Sequence record: PV662128.1
Reading direction: 5' to 3' (one strand)
DNA length: 64,000 nucleotides
A program made the translations under genes and the position numbers. This document shows positions 47,229-55,619 of this stretch, in pieces (the first letter of the stretch is position 1; each line of letters starts with the position of its first letter). The notes beneath the pieces were generated by a model that was not told the DNA's origin, ran no database searches, and worked only from the letters and a program-made list of their open reading frames with translations.

Positions 47229-47628
47229 ATGTGTTATTGTAGCTGATAAATTTACTCCTGAAAATGTTGGTAAGGTCGTTACGGTTATAAATCGTTACGG
47301 TCAGGGAAGTTTCTTCTTATTTAAATACCCCGACGGAATGACCGCAGGCGGATCGATCGATAGCACCGCTTGGAGTGTTGCCGAGCAAATTCCTATGAGG
47401 CTCATACCGCACGGGCCCTCTCCTCTGGTAGTTCGTCGCATCGTTGATCTTCGCGGACCAAATGGGAAAATAAATGGGTTGGTGGGGGAACACAGGCTTA
47501 TGCGTATCGACGGAGATGACTTCGACGATAATCCTTATCAGGAGAAGAAACCCGTCTCCGACACACTAACCGAATTACAAACAAAATGGTTGGAATCCCC
47601 TCAGGTCTGGGACCAATTCTCTTCTTAA
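47203..47628 (+). CDS. Hypothetical protein
   Basis: KPIEPGCKCVIV..NVGKVVTV...LMRID. Confidence 0.7.
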   Translation: MKPIEPGCKCVIVADKFTPENVGKVVTVINRYGQGSFFLFKYPDGMTAGGSIDSTAWSVAEQIPMRLIPHGPSPLVVRRIVDLRGPNGKINGLVGEHRLMRIDGDDFDDNPYQEKKPVSDTLTELQTKWLESPQVWDQFSS

Positions 47629-47650
47629 TCACTTATTCTTTGGAGTCGGT

Positions 47651-47908
47651 ATGAATTTCTTATGGGCCTTTCTTGGGGTTTTACTTATTTCCATTGTTGT
47701 TACAGTGGTTCTGGAAGTTAAGCGAATGGGAGGTAAACCTATTCCTAAGTTATCGTGGAAGAAGGGATCCTTCCCAGCAATGCCTTTCATCTCCTTTATC
47801 TTTGGGTGTTTGTTAGGTCAATATCAGAATATCTGGGTCTGTTTAATTGGACTCGCTCTAGTCGTGGTGTTACTAAAAACCGACTTCTTCTTCGAAGAAA
47901 AAGACTGA
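47651..47908 (+). CDS. Small membrane protein
   Basis: Three hydrophobic segments; GGAG SD. Confidence 0.7.
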   Translation: MNFLWAFLGVLLISIVVTVVLEVKRMGGKPIPKLSWKKGSFPAMPFISFIFGCLLGQYQNIWVCLIGLALVVVLLKTDFFFEEKD

Positions 47909-47976
47909 CTTTATAGAGCTAGCTTTTGCTAGCTCTATATTACTTTTATGAATACCCAACTTTAGGAATTAAAATC

Positions 47977-48558
47977 ATGATGAACCAATTAAAGGATTGG
48001 ATCGATTACTCTTCTTACTGGAATACACATAACCGTGTTCTTCTTCGTAAGGGAGGAATGTACACCGAACAGATCGAACTGGAGCTTACCCCGATTAACG
48101 ACGAGTGGGACGAAGTTAAACTCTGTAAAATCCGTAAGCATCGTACGAGCATGGGACCGGGGGATAAAATTAGTCATCATCTCCATCCCGACGTCTTTGC
48201 ATTGATGGAAGAGAAGCTAGGATACCATTTAGCGCATTTCATCTTTCACTACGATATCTACACTAAGCTAACCAATTACGATGCGAGAAGATACTGGTAC
48301 TTGCTTGATCGCTATGTCTTTAATGGCGGCGGCGGAATACCGCTGGTGTTGATAGATCCAAACTTTGATTTGCTGAGAGAGGATTGGGCTAAAGGCACTT
48401 CCTCGGCGTACACTGATGCAAAACAACGCATTATGGATAAACTGAACATAGGTTTGGATCAAGTCAACGATCTGAAATTTCACGACATTTTAAGGTGTTT
48501 AGACGCCAACGATCATACGCCGTTTAGAACGGGTGTCATGAGTTGGGTAGGTGTTTAA
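47977..48558 (+). CDS. Hypothetical protein (start moved to ATG 47977)
   Basis: TTTAGG-N7-ATC-ATG start. Confidence 0.7.
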   Translation: MMNQLKDWIDYSSYWNTHNRVLLRKGGMYTEQIELELTPINDEWDEVKLCKIRKHRTSMGPGDKISHHLHPDVFALMEEKLGYHLAHFIFHYDIYTKLTNYDARRYWYLLDRYVFNGGGGIPLVLIDPNFDLLREDWAKGTSSAYTDAKQRIMDKLNIGLDQVNDLKFHDILRCLDANDHTPFRTGVMSWVGV

Positions 48559-48561
48559 TAA

Positions 48562-48804
48562 ATGAATCTTTATTTAGTAGAAGATCGAGCTATAGATTAT
48601 AACGATTACGACGTCTATGCCAGTGCGGTGGTCGCGGCAGGCTCCGAAGAAGAAGCGAGAGAAACCCGTCACGGGCATCCGGTTTTTAACCCAAATCTAA
48701 AAATCCACTGGGTGTGCGATAAAGAACAATTAGTCGTTCGTTTAATCGGAACCTGTATAGATGAGCAGACCGGCGTTATCGACGCTGATTTTAATGCAGG
48801 TTGA
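48562..48804 (+). CDS. Small acidic phage protein, paralog of 53975-54277
   Basis: MNLYLV...VVAA..EEEAR..HP...LIG...GVI. Confidence 0.7.
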   Translation: MNLYLVEDRAIDYNDYDVYASAVVAAGSEEEARETRHGHPVFNPNLKIHWVCDKEQLVVRLIGTCIDEQTGVIDADFNAG

Positions 48805-48837
48805 TGTATTCACAGAAAATAAAATGTCGAATAGGAG

Positions 48838-49113
48838 TTGGTTATGTCTAAAGTATCAGCCAGCCCAACAAAGAGTTTGGGGTTATTGGTTGAAATCAAA
48901 TCATTAATCAATGATGAACCATGTGCATCCGCCGAAGTCATTGAGACTGACCTGGGGTGGATTGTTGAGTTTAAAACCAAAGCCGGTGTGAAGGTACTTG
49001 CTTCTACAAGAAATCCGTATCACCCCAAACTTTACAATTCCCCCAATGCAGCTTTGAATACGATCAAGTCTCTGGGTCTAGCCGAGACTAAAGTATTTTT
49101 TCTTAAGTCTTAG
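48838..49113 (+). CDS. IncP ParC-like (partition-associated) small protein, copy 1
   Basis: A.VIE...GWIVEFK...LASTR..P.LY.S.NAALN.IKSLG pattern; tandem paralog of next gene. Confidence 0.5.
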   Translation: MVMSKVSASPTKSLGLLVEIKSLINDEPCASAEVIETDLGWIVEFKTKAGVKVLASTRNPYHPKLYNSPNAALNTIKSLGLAETKVFFLKS

Positions 49114-49143
49114 GATCCAGGCTAGGTTTATTAAGGAAAGCAA

Positions 49144-49419
49144 ATGGTAGATACGTCAGAAATCATTATCACCAGAACGTTCGCTCAGTTAAAAGAACTT
49201 CGGATAATGATCAGCCGTAAATTGGTTAAGTCAGCTTCTTTGGTTGAAACTGCAGAGGGATGGTCGGTAGAGTTCAAAACAGAATACGGAGATAGGGTAT
49301 TCTCTTCGTCAAAGAACGCTTACTATCCAAAGACCTTTAAAGGATTTACAGCGCCCATCAAAATGTTGAGAAAGATGGGATTTGATGAAGTGAGGTTGGT
49401 ATTTTTAAAAGTAAAATAA
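49144..49419 (+). CDS. IncP ParC-like small protein, copy 2
   Basis: LKELR...VKSASLVE..EGWSVEFK...P.TF.G....IK.L.KMG. Confidence 0.5.
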   Translation: MVDTSEIIITRTFAQLKELRIMISRKLVKSASLVETAEGWSVEFKTEYGDRVFSSSKNAYYPKTFKGFTAPIKMLRKMGFDEVRLVFLKVK

Positions 49420-49441
49420 TATTAATTTAGGAGAAGACGTT

Positions 49442-49774
49442 ATGAAAGCGATGATTTTGGTTGAGAGGGATTTCACGCCAAAAGAGATTATGGAGTTCGG
49501 CATTCCTGGGTTGACGTTTGATACAGTCGGACCCAATCAAATAAGTGACAATCGATTTGACTTCCCTCAGAGAAAGGCGCTGGGTGGAGATAAGGATGTC
49601 ATTCTGGTCTCCCAGGAAATACCTGGGATCGTTACAACCAGACTTTTCTTTATTGAATGCGGTGAATTTGCGAAGTTAATGTGTCACACACCATTCCCCC
49701 TAATAAACATGAGGATGGAGGAATACATCGTGGATAACTTACATCGAGCCGTTTTAATTACCGAGGGTCAATGA
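49442..49774 (+). CDS. Hypothetical protein, tandem paralog of next gene
   Basis: MKAMILV...ILVSQEI...IECGEF. Confidence 0.65.
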   Translation: MKAMILVERDFTPKEIMEFGIPGLTFDTVGPNQISDNRFDFPQRKALGGDKDVILVSQEIPGIVTTRLFFIECGEFAKLMCHTPFPLINMRMEEYIVDNLHRAVLITEGQ

Positions 49775-49775
49775 A

Positions 49776-50102
49776 ATGAAAGTTATTATTCAGGTGCTCG
49801 AAGACAGAGAAGTTGATATCATCGAGGCCTTAGAAAAAAGTTTGTTCATCCCCCATTTCTATTTCGTACATCGGGGACGGGATAAACGAGAATTCTTAGG
49901 GGAGGACGACGATTCTATTTTGATCATCTCACAGGAGTTGGTCGATTGTTGCCCCGAACTGGCTGTATTGGAATGCGGGGATTTGGAACAACTGTGTTTC
50001 TCCCAACGCCGCACCAAGACCGAAAAAGAGGTTATCATCGAATACCTCAAAGCCAATCGAGAAAAGATTATCAAAGTCAGTGACTTGCCGGGGTACTATT
50101 AA
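49776..50102 (+). CDS. Hypothetical protein, tandem paralog of previous gene
   Basis: MKVIIQV...ILIISQEL...LECGDL. Confidence 0.65.
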   Translation: MKVIIQVLEDREVDIIEALEKSLFIPHFYFVHRGRDKREFLGEDDDSILIISQELVDCCPELAVLECGDLEQLCFSQRRTKTEKEVIIEYLKANREKIIKVSDLPGYY

Positions 50103-50296
50103 TGACCGCTCGTTACTTCGCAGGGGATTTCCATTTAGGAGATCCTTCGATCATCAAATATCGTAAGCAGTTTAAAACGGTAAAGGAGCACGATGAATTT
50201 ATCGCTGATACGATTTTAGTTAAACCTCGTGATCACGACGTGTTAACCATCGTAGGTGACGGGCTTATGTTACTTTTGTTTGTGATTAACCTTTAG
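50102..50296 (+). pseudogene. 5' fragment of a calcineurin-like metallophosphoesterase
   Basis: YFAGDFHLG (DxH), KYRKQF.TV.EHD, VGD; homology stops after the GD motif. Confidence 0.85.
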
Positions 50297-50308
50297 GAAA
50301 ACAACATC

Positions 50309-51448
50309 ATGTTTGTTCTTAAGAAAGCTAAACTCCGACTCTATAAAGAGGACGTGGAGTTAGTTAATCGCACGTTTGGTTGTCGGAGATTCTTATGGAA
50401 TCAATTATTAGGGCTACACAAAGATCAATACAAGAAATGGGAGGAAGATAATGCGTTAGGGAAACCTAAAGTAACCATTTCTGCGTTTAGGGAAGAATTT
50501 AAACGTATTAAAGTCGAATATCCTTGGTTAAATGAGGTAAGCTCGGTTGCCTTATATGAAACCATTACTGATCTTTATAATGCTTTTCAGAGATTTTTTA
50601 AAGGTTTGTCCGGGTATCCTAAATTTAAGTCTAAAAGAGGCAAGCAATCTTTTCGTATCGCCTCTAGAGTTAATATGTATATAGAGGGTAATCGGATTAG
50701 ATTCCCTAAATCTAATTATTATGCCAGATTTTCTAAAAATACTGTCTTAAAAGATCCCTCTTCGTACACCGTAATTAGAGATAACGTGGGAGATTATTTT
50801 ATTTCCTTTGTAGATACCGTCGACGAGATTGAACCTGAACCAGAAAGTAAAGGTAAGTTCGTTGGGATAGACTTAGGGATTAAATCTTTAGCGGTTGTTA
50901 AACCTAGTAATGGGGAACCTTGGGAATTAATCAATCCTAAAACATATACGAAATACCAAAAACGTAGAACGACGTTATCTCGTCGTTTAATGAAAAAGAA
51001 AAAAGGGAGTAATAACCGGAACAAAGCCAGAATTAAACTGGCCAAATTAGAACGTAAAGTTGCTAATATTCGCAAAGACCTTTTACACAAATTTACGACT
51101 AAGCTGATTAAAGAAAACCAAATGATCAGTATCGAAGATTTGAATGTAAAGGGTATGGTTAAAAACCATAAGTTAGCTAAACATATTCAAGATTGTTCTT
51201 TTGGTACGATTAGAACAATGCTGGAATATAAAGCTAAGCGTTATACTAAACCGAAAGTCATCACTATCGTTAATCGATTCTTTGCAAGCACTCAACTCTG
51301 TTCTCAGTGCGGTGTTCTCCCTAAAGAGCGCATCGGACTTAAAATCAGGAACTGGACGTGTTGGAATTGCGGAACACATCACGATAGAGATGTCAATGCG
51401 GCTACGAATATCCTTAACGAAGGATGTCGTTTAACTCAAGCTTCCTAG
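50309..51448 (+). mobile_element. tnpB: IS200/IS605-family TnpB RNA-guided endonuclease; no tnpA in window
   Basis: N-terminal FGCRRFLWN; RuvC-I GIDLG, RuvC-II IEDL, Zn finger CSQC..CWNC, RuvC-III DRDVNAATNI; all three acidic residues intact. Confidence 0.95.
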
Positions 51449-51575
51449 GTTAAGGGTATTGATTACCCCTACCCTTGGTCTAAGGGGAAGTTAAGCCTGT
51501 GGAGACAAGCTGCAGTAAGGGCTTTCCGTGAAGCAGGAAGTTGAAATATACAAGACAGCTCATTTGCATGATAAA
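51420..51575 (+). ncRNA. Putative TnpB omega-RNA (scaffold plus guide); ends approximate
   Basis: Typical right-end motifs GGAAGTTAAGCCTGTGGAG (to 51504) and TGAAGCAGGAAG (51529-51540); flanking gene resumes by 51558. Confidence 0.65.
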
Positions 51576-51716
51576 GTGATCGAAGACGAACGTTACATCG
51601 GAGTGTCGTTAGAACAAACCGGCTATCGTTTAATCCATCACGATGAGATCTTATCTGGTTCTTATCGCACTTATCGTAAACCGACACTTGAAGACCATTT
51701 GCATTTAGGAAAATAA
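51558..51716 (+). pseudogene. 3' fragment of the same metallophosphoesterase
   Basis: AHLHDKVIEDERYIGVSLEQTGYRLIHHDEILSG aligns with paralog AHMHTDTLYDNRYVNVSMEATNYRLISVDEILNG (60251-61003). Confidence 0.85.
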
Positions 51717-51718
51717 CT

Positions 51719-52093
51719 ATGGGTCTTGATATCGACATTGTCAAGTTTAAGAAACCCGATTTCGATAGGTTAGCCGACAATAATAGAAGGGTCGACTATC
51801 ATGAAGGCACGGGTTTGAATATTGAAACAGATTGTTTGTTTTACTACCGCAAGCATTATTGCATCCAAGATATGCTCGGCCATGTATCGAATGGTAGATA
51901 TGACCAATGTACTTTCCATGAACTTACTAAGGAAAGATTAGAGCGGGCAGTAAAACTCGCTACTCGTCTGAAGCGAAGTGAGGACGATCGGTGGGAGAAA
52001 GAAGAATTAGATATCCTCATTCGAGATATAAATGTCATTTTAGCAGAAACCGATTTTAACACATCGGTTATTTCTTTAAGCTGGATAAGTTAA
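51719..52093 (+). CDS. Conserved phage hypothetical protein (MGLD...YxRK...ETDF type)
   Basis: MGLDID, FYYRKHY.IQ, ILAETDF. Confidence 0.7.
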   Translation: MGLDIDIVKFKKPDFDRLADNNRRVDYHEGTGLNIETDCLFYYRKHYCIQDMLGHVSNGRYDQCTFHELTKERLERAVKLATRLKRSEDDRWEKEELDILIRDINVILAETDFNTSVISLSWIS

Positions 52094-52104
52094 TCGGAGG
52101 GAAT

Positions 52105-52335
52105 ATGTCCTCACCTTGGGATTTTCCGGAAGGGATGACGGTCACTGAATTAAAGGAGTTAATTAAAGACTGGCCAGAAAAGCATCAGGATGGGACTCCC
52201 ACGAGAATACTTGTGGATTATGAAATAGTGAAGTCTATTTCGCCTACTAACTGGCAAGATGCTGGAGGAGAACACCCCACATCTGATTTGACCTTTCTAA
52301 GCAACCATTATATCGCAAAGGAACTATTTAACTAG
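52105..52335 (+). CDS. Hypothetical protein
   Basis: GGAGG SD; GMTVTELKELI..WPE. Confidence 0.7.
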   Translation: MSSPWDFPEGMTVTELKELIKDWPEKHQDGTPTRILVDYEIVKSISPTNWQDAGGEHPTSDLTFLSNHYIAKELFN

Positions 52336-52346
52336 GAGAGAAAATT

Positions 52347-52637
52347 ATGGCTCGTAAACCTTCTACCGTAGGCGAGATTATTAAGAAAGAGTATCTCGAA
52401 CCGATGAACATGAGTATGATGGAACTCTGCCGTCAGACTCATTCGAGCAAGGGCGCTATTTTTCATCTGATTAATGGCAAAAATCGTCTGAGTATTGAGA
52501 TGGCGTTTAAACTCGCTAAGCTTTTTAACACGTCCGAAGAGTATTGGCTGAATATTCAGCGTCAGGTAGATCTTTACGAAGCTAAGCGGGATAAAGAGCT
52601 TAAGGCGACGTTAAAGAAAATCATCCCTGTTGAGTAG
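52347..52637 (+). CDS. higA: HigA-family HTH antitoxin (orphan)
   Basis: VGEIIKKEYLEP.NMS..EL...I..LING...LS.EMA.KLA.LF.TS.EYWLNIQ..DL. Confidence 0.85.
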   Translation: MARKPSTVGEIIKKEYLEPMNMSMMELCRQTHSSKGAIFHLINGKNRLSIEMAFKLAKLFNTSEEYWLNIQRQVDLYEAKRDKELKATLKKIIPVE

Positions 52638-52665
52638 ACCGGGGCAGTAACTTATTTTTAGGAGA

Positions 52666-53208
52666 ATGATGATGATCAATTGCTTAGAACCTAACGAATT
52701 TGCTCAGTTTAAAGCACAGTGGGATAAATATCTCGAGGAGGGTCTTCCCGGACTCGATGAAAGAATGAAGGGTCCGATGCTGATCCTGAACGCGATACCT
52801 GGGGTAGCGACCCGCTTTTGTTGTTCCGGTCATAGCTTTGAAGAAAAGTTAAAATCTCACCCGACCAAAGCGTATTCTCGAGTGCAGAAAAGGAACTTCA
52901 TTTTTGTCGTTGAAGAAGGTCATGCCGATATTTTCTTTGCGTTTGAGATACTCTTCAAATTATTGAACAAAGACGAGTTTAGTTTTTGTCGGCCTTCTTT
53001 AGAAACCACTCTGCTCAAGAAAAACTTCGGTGAGTCGGAAACCTATCCGGTTTGGGTATTCGAAATGAATTGGGTTTACGAACTTACCGAGGAAGAAAAA
53101 ATAAAGGGAAGGGATAAGACCCAGAACGAACTCTGGGAGAAACTCCTCAGAGGACTGTTCCTGATCACCGATCCTGAAACCCGTCATAAGCATCAGGAGT
53201 TACTCTAG
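52666..53208 (+). CDS. Hypothetical protein with LN.IPG..T.FCCSGH motif
   Basis: 180 aa; the motif loosely recalls the TYW3-like N-terminus. Confidence 0.65.
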   Translation: MMMINCLEPNEFAQFKAQWDKYLEEGLPGLDERMKGPMLILNAIPGVATRFCCSGHSFEEKLKSHPTKAYSRVQKRNFIFVVEEGHADIFFAFEILFKLLNKDEFSFCRPSLETTLLKKNFGESETYPVWVFEMNWVYELTEEEKIKGRDKTQNELWEKLLRGLFLITDPETRHKHQELL

Positions 53209-53343
53209 TCTCTTCGATATTTAGCAAAGCAACGGTTCTCTTGTTAAAATAAATAAATGATGTAATGGTATGGTCAGTCGACCTAGGTGAGGGTGATCTT
53301 GTGGGTTACCCTCATTCCTTTCGTAAATATCGGAGAAATAAAA

Positions 53344-53859
53344 ATGGCTAAAGAAAACGTTGTTCGTATTCCGCTGTATAACTTAGGCAATCTTTCTTGT
53401 GTAGGGTATCGAGAAGGGTGTGGGTATAACGTTAAGGTTTATTGGGGTGATTATGTGCTGTCCTCTAAACCTAATCTCACCCAAGCACTCGACTTTGCTT
53501 ATATCGGGGTTCGACTCTTCTCCCCGATCCACAGTGAATGGTTAACCAACGATCTGCGTTTAGTTATTTGTGAGTCGTTGATAAAAGCCCGTTTATTAAT
53601 TGATGGCAATCATAGCGTAGAACGTTCTCCTGTTCTTTCGGAGGGATTCCTTAAGCATTGGAAAACGGGTGAATCTGGAGTAGACTATTATCTGGAAGTG
53701 CGTCTTGCTAGAGACCCAGGTAAAATAGAAGACGACATCGTTCAAGTCACCTTAAAGTACGACAACGACGGGTGTAACCTCACTCATAGCTTCAAGAAAT
53801 ACGCTTCCATTTTCAACTATAAAGAGCATTTAGGTCTTTTCAAACAAGTTACCTATTGA
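53344..53859 (+). CDS. Hypothetical protein (start moved to ATG 53344)
   Basis: GGAG SD before ATG 53344. Confidence 0.7.
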   Translation: MAKENVVRIPLYNLGNLSCVGYREGCGYNVKVYWGDYVLSSKPNLTQALDFAYIGVRLFSPIHSEWLTNDLRLVICESLIKARLLIDGNHSVERSPVLSEGFLKHWKTGESGVDYYLEVRLARDPGKIEDDIVQVTLKYDNDGCNLTHSFKKYASIFNYKEHLGLFKQVTY

Positions 53860-53866
53860 GCCAATC

Positions 53867-53899
53867 TAACTCCTACTCCCTTATCGGGAGTAGGAGTTA
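53867..53899. repeat. ACTCCTAC hairpin family, copy 5 (exact reverse complement of copy 2)
   Basis: TAACTCCTACTCCC-ttatc-GGGAGTAGGAGTTA. Confidence 0.9.
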
Positions 53900-53974
53900 T
53901 TACACATGTAAATAAAAACAGACCTTTATTATCTCTATGTGGGACAAACCATAATCTTTTTAGGAGCATATAAC

Positions 53975-54277
53975 GTGAACTTATATTTAGTTAAACCAAT
54001 GGAATTTACCGGTGACGAAGATATCAACGGCATGGTCGTTGTAGCGCCTGACACCAACACCGCATTGCTGACCCACCCTCATATCGACGAAGACGGCAAT
54101 ACCTTTGAATGGCATACCGAAACCCATTCAGAACAAGGCCTGTGGGTTGACGAAGCAGGGCGAACTGATGTGTTCCACGGCTGCGCTTGGCCAGCTCCTG
54201 ATCGTCTGCTCTGTGTTCTGTTGGGCGTGGCCGCTGACGGGATGGAAGAAGGCATCGTGCTGGTCGATCGCGATTAA
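53975..54277 (+). CDS. Small acidic phage protein, paralog of 48562-48804 (start moved to GTG 53975)
   Basis: TTTAGGAG SD; MNLYLV...VVVAP...HP...LLG...GIV. Confidence 0.7.
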   Translation: MNLYLVKPMEFTGDEDINGMVVVAPDTNTALLTHPHIDEDGNTFEWHTETHSEQGLWVDEAGRTDVFHGCAWPAPDRLLCVLLGVAADGMEEGIVLVDRD

Positions 54278-54287
54278 GGGGCGGTAA

Positions 54288-54809
54288 ATGAAAGTCATTA
54301 AATTTGGCAATGTGACCGTCAATAAAAATAACATGCTGGAAATCACCCTGTTTAATTTCGCCAGCGGGTACGATGGCGAGCCAGTCACACCAGCAGGGAT
54401 GATCAAAGGTATCGTGAACTGGCTTAATGATTACGTCGGTAAGACAGACGGGATGTTCAACCCCGTTAAGGATTTAAGTGGCGCACCGCTTATAACAGGG
54501 TCAAACATTCCAAAAGATCAGTCGGTGTTAATGATTCCCGACGGTACGCTGGCTTTAGCCGAACTGGATCCTCCTGTTTTTAGCACCAACGAATACACGT
54601 TCTTAGAAGTAGAAGAACGCGTTTATCAGCTCATAGCGATGCAAATAGGAATAACACTCACTACCGAAATGGGCGTCATTCCTGGGTCGGTTGAACTGAT
54701 CGATGTGGACGATCCTCGTCAGCATCCAGATAATGTTGTCGGTTATTGTTTGACATTAGAAAACCCACCGCGGTATTTCTTGAAAGTTAAGAATAAAGGA
54801 GTTCGGTAA
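54288..54809 (+). CDS. Hypothetical protein
   Basis: 173 aa; TAATG overlap with next gene. Confidence 0.7.
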   Translation: MKVIKFGNVTVNKNNMLEITLFNFASGYDGEPVTPAGMIKGIVNWLNDYVGKTDGMFNPVKDLSGAPLITGSNIPKDQSVLMIPDGTLALAELDPPVFSTNEYTFLEVEERVYQLIAMQIGITLTTEMGVIPGSVELIDVDDPRQHPDNVVGYCLTLENPPRYFLKVKNKGVR

Positions 54810-55594
54810 TGTTAGAGACTCAGCTTAAAGATCGTCTGACCATCTTAAACACTTTCGAATGGTTTACCTACTTCTGGAACAAATTCGAAGAAGGCATGTA
54901 TGGTGTAAGACGAACCATGCATAGCGCTTCGGTTGCGATTAATAACGGAGATTGCGCGGTAGCCGCTTTGGCGGTAAGTTCTGTTTTGAATCGTCGTCTG
55001 GATGTTAACGTGGGGATAGCTCGCAATACTCATCACGCCTGGGTCGCCATCGGAAACGATATCTTTGATACCGAATATCCCACAGGACACGATATAGCGA
55101 GTTTTAAATCTAAATGGGGTGATCGTATCAGTGAAGTGGTTTTAACGCCTGAGACTCTCGTAGAAGAGTTTATGCCGTGCGATCTGGTGGGTGCTTATCT
55201 CGTAAAAGAATTTTGCGGAATAATGGGTGAGTTGCATCCTAAAGAAATCGATTTTCTTCTGAGCAATCCTACCGAATATGAATCTCCGGGAGGAGTCAGT
55301 AAAATCGGAAAAGCCCTCGCATTTGCAGTAGAGGAAACTTTGAAAACTCGCAGCACGGCGACCACCATCAAACACGAGTCTTACTTCACTGCTAAAGAAG
55401 CCACGATGGACCATGAGCTCAAAGATCACGTCAGGGATATCTATTCCGGTATTCTGATCTGCGTACTGGTGGATAAAAACGATTACAAAGTGATCGGAGA
55501 GTCTTATCGCAAAGGGCCAGAAACAGAACGCACACTACTGGCGAGATCAAGAGCCAAGTTTATTGCTCTGGATAAACTTAAAGACGTAGCGTGA
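54809..55594 (+). CDS. Cys-His-Asp (transglutaminase-like) domain fused to a C-terminal N4 gp49/Sf6 gp66-family domain
   Basis: NGDCAVAA / HHAWV / IFD; C-terminal HESYFTA...ICVLVDKNDYKVIGES...PE...AR..A...ALDKL. Confidence 0.6.
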   Translation: MLETQLKDRLTILNTFEWFTYFWNKFEEGMYGVRRTMHSASVAINNGDCAVAALAVSSVLNRRLDVNVGIARNTHHAWVAIGNDIFDTEYPTGHDIASFKSKWGDRISEVVLTPETLVEEFMPCDLVGAYLVKEFCGIMGELHPKEIDFLLSNPTEYESPGGVSKIGKALAFAVEETLKTRSTATTIKHESYFTAKEATMDHELKDHVRDIYSGILICVLVDKNDYKVIGESYRKGPETERTLLARSRAKFIALDKLKDVA

Positions 55595-55619
55595 TCATTC
55601 AATTTTAGGAAATAAAATC

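Noticed and set aside
50261-51557. IStron (group I intron plus TnpB) that would splice out and restore the phosphoesterase
   Set aside because: Only about 45 nt precede the tnpB ATG, too short for a ribozyme core, and the middle of the host gene is missing, so splicing could not restore it
51528-51716. ORF-track gene starting at GTG 51528
   Set aside because: The start lies inside the conserved omega-RNA motif GTGAAGCAGGAAG; the frame is the 3' remnant of the phosphoesterase
52105-52335. HigB toxin upstream of higA
   Set aside because: No RelE/HigB-like pattern recognisable
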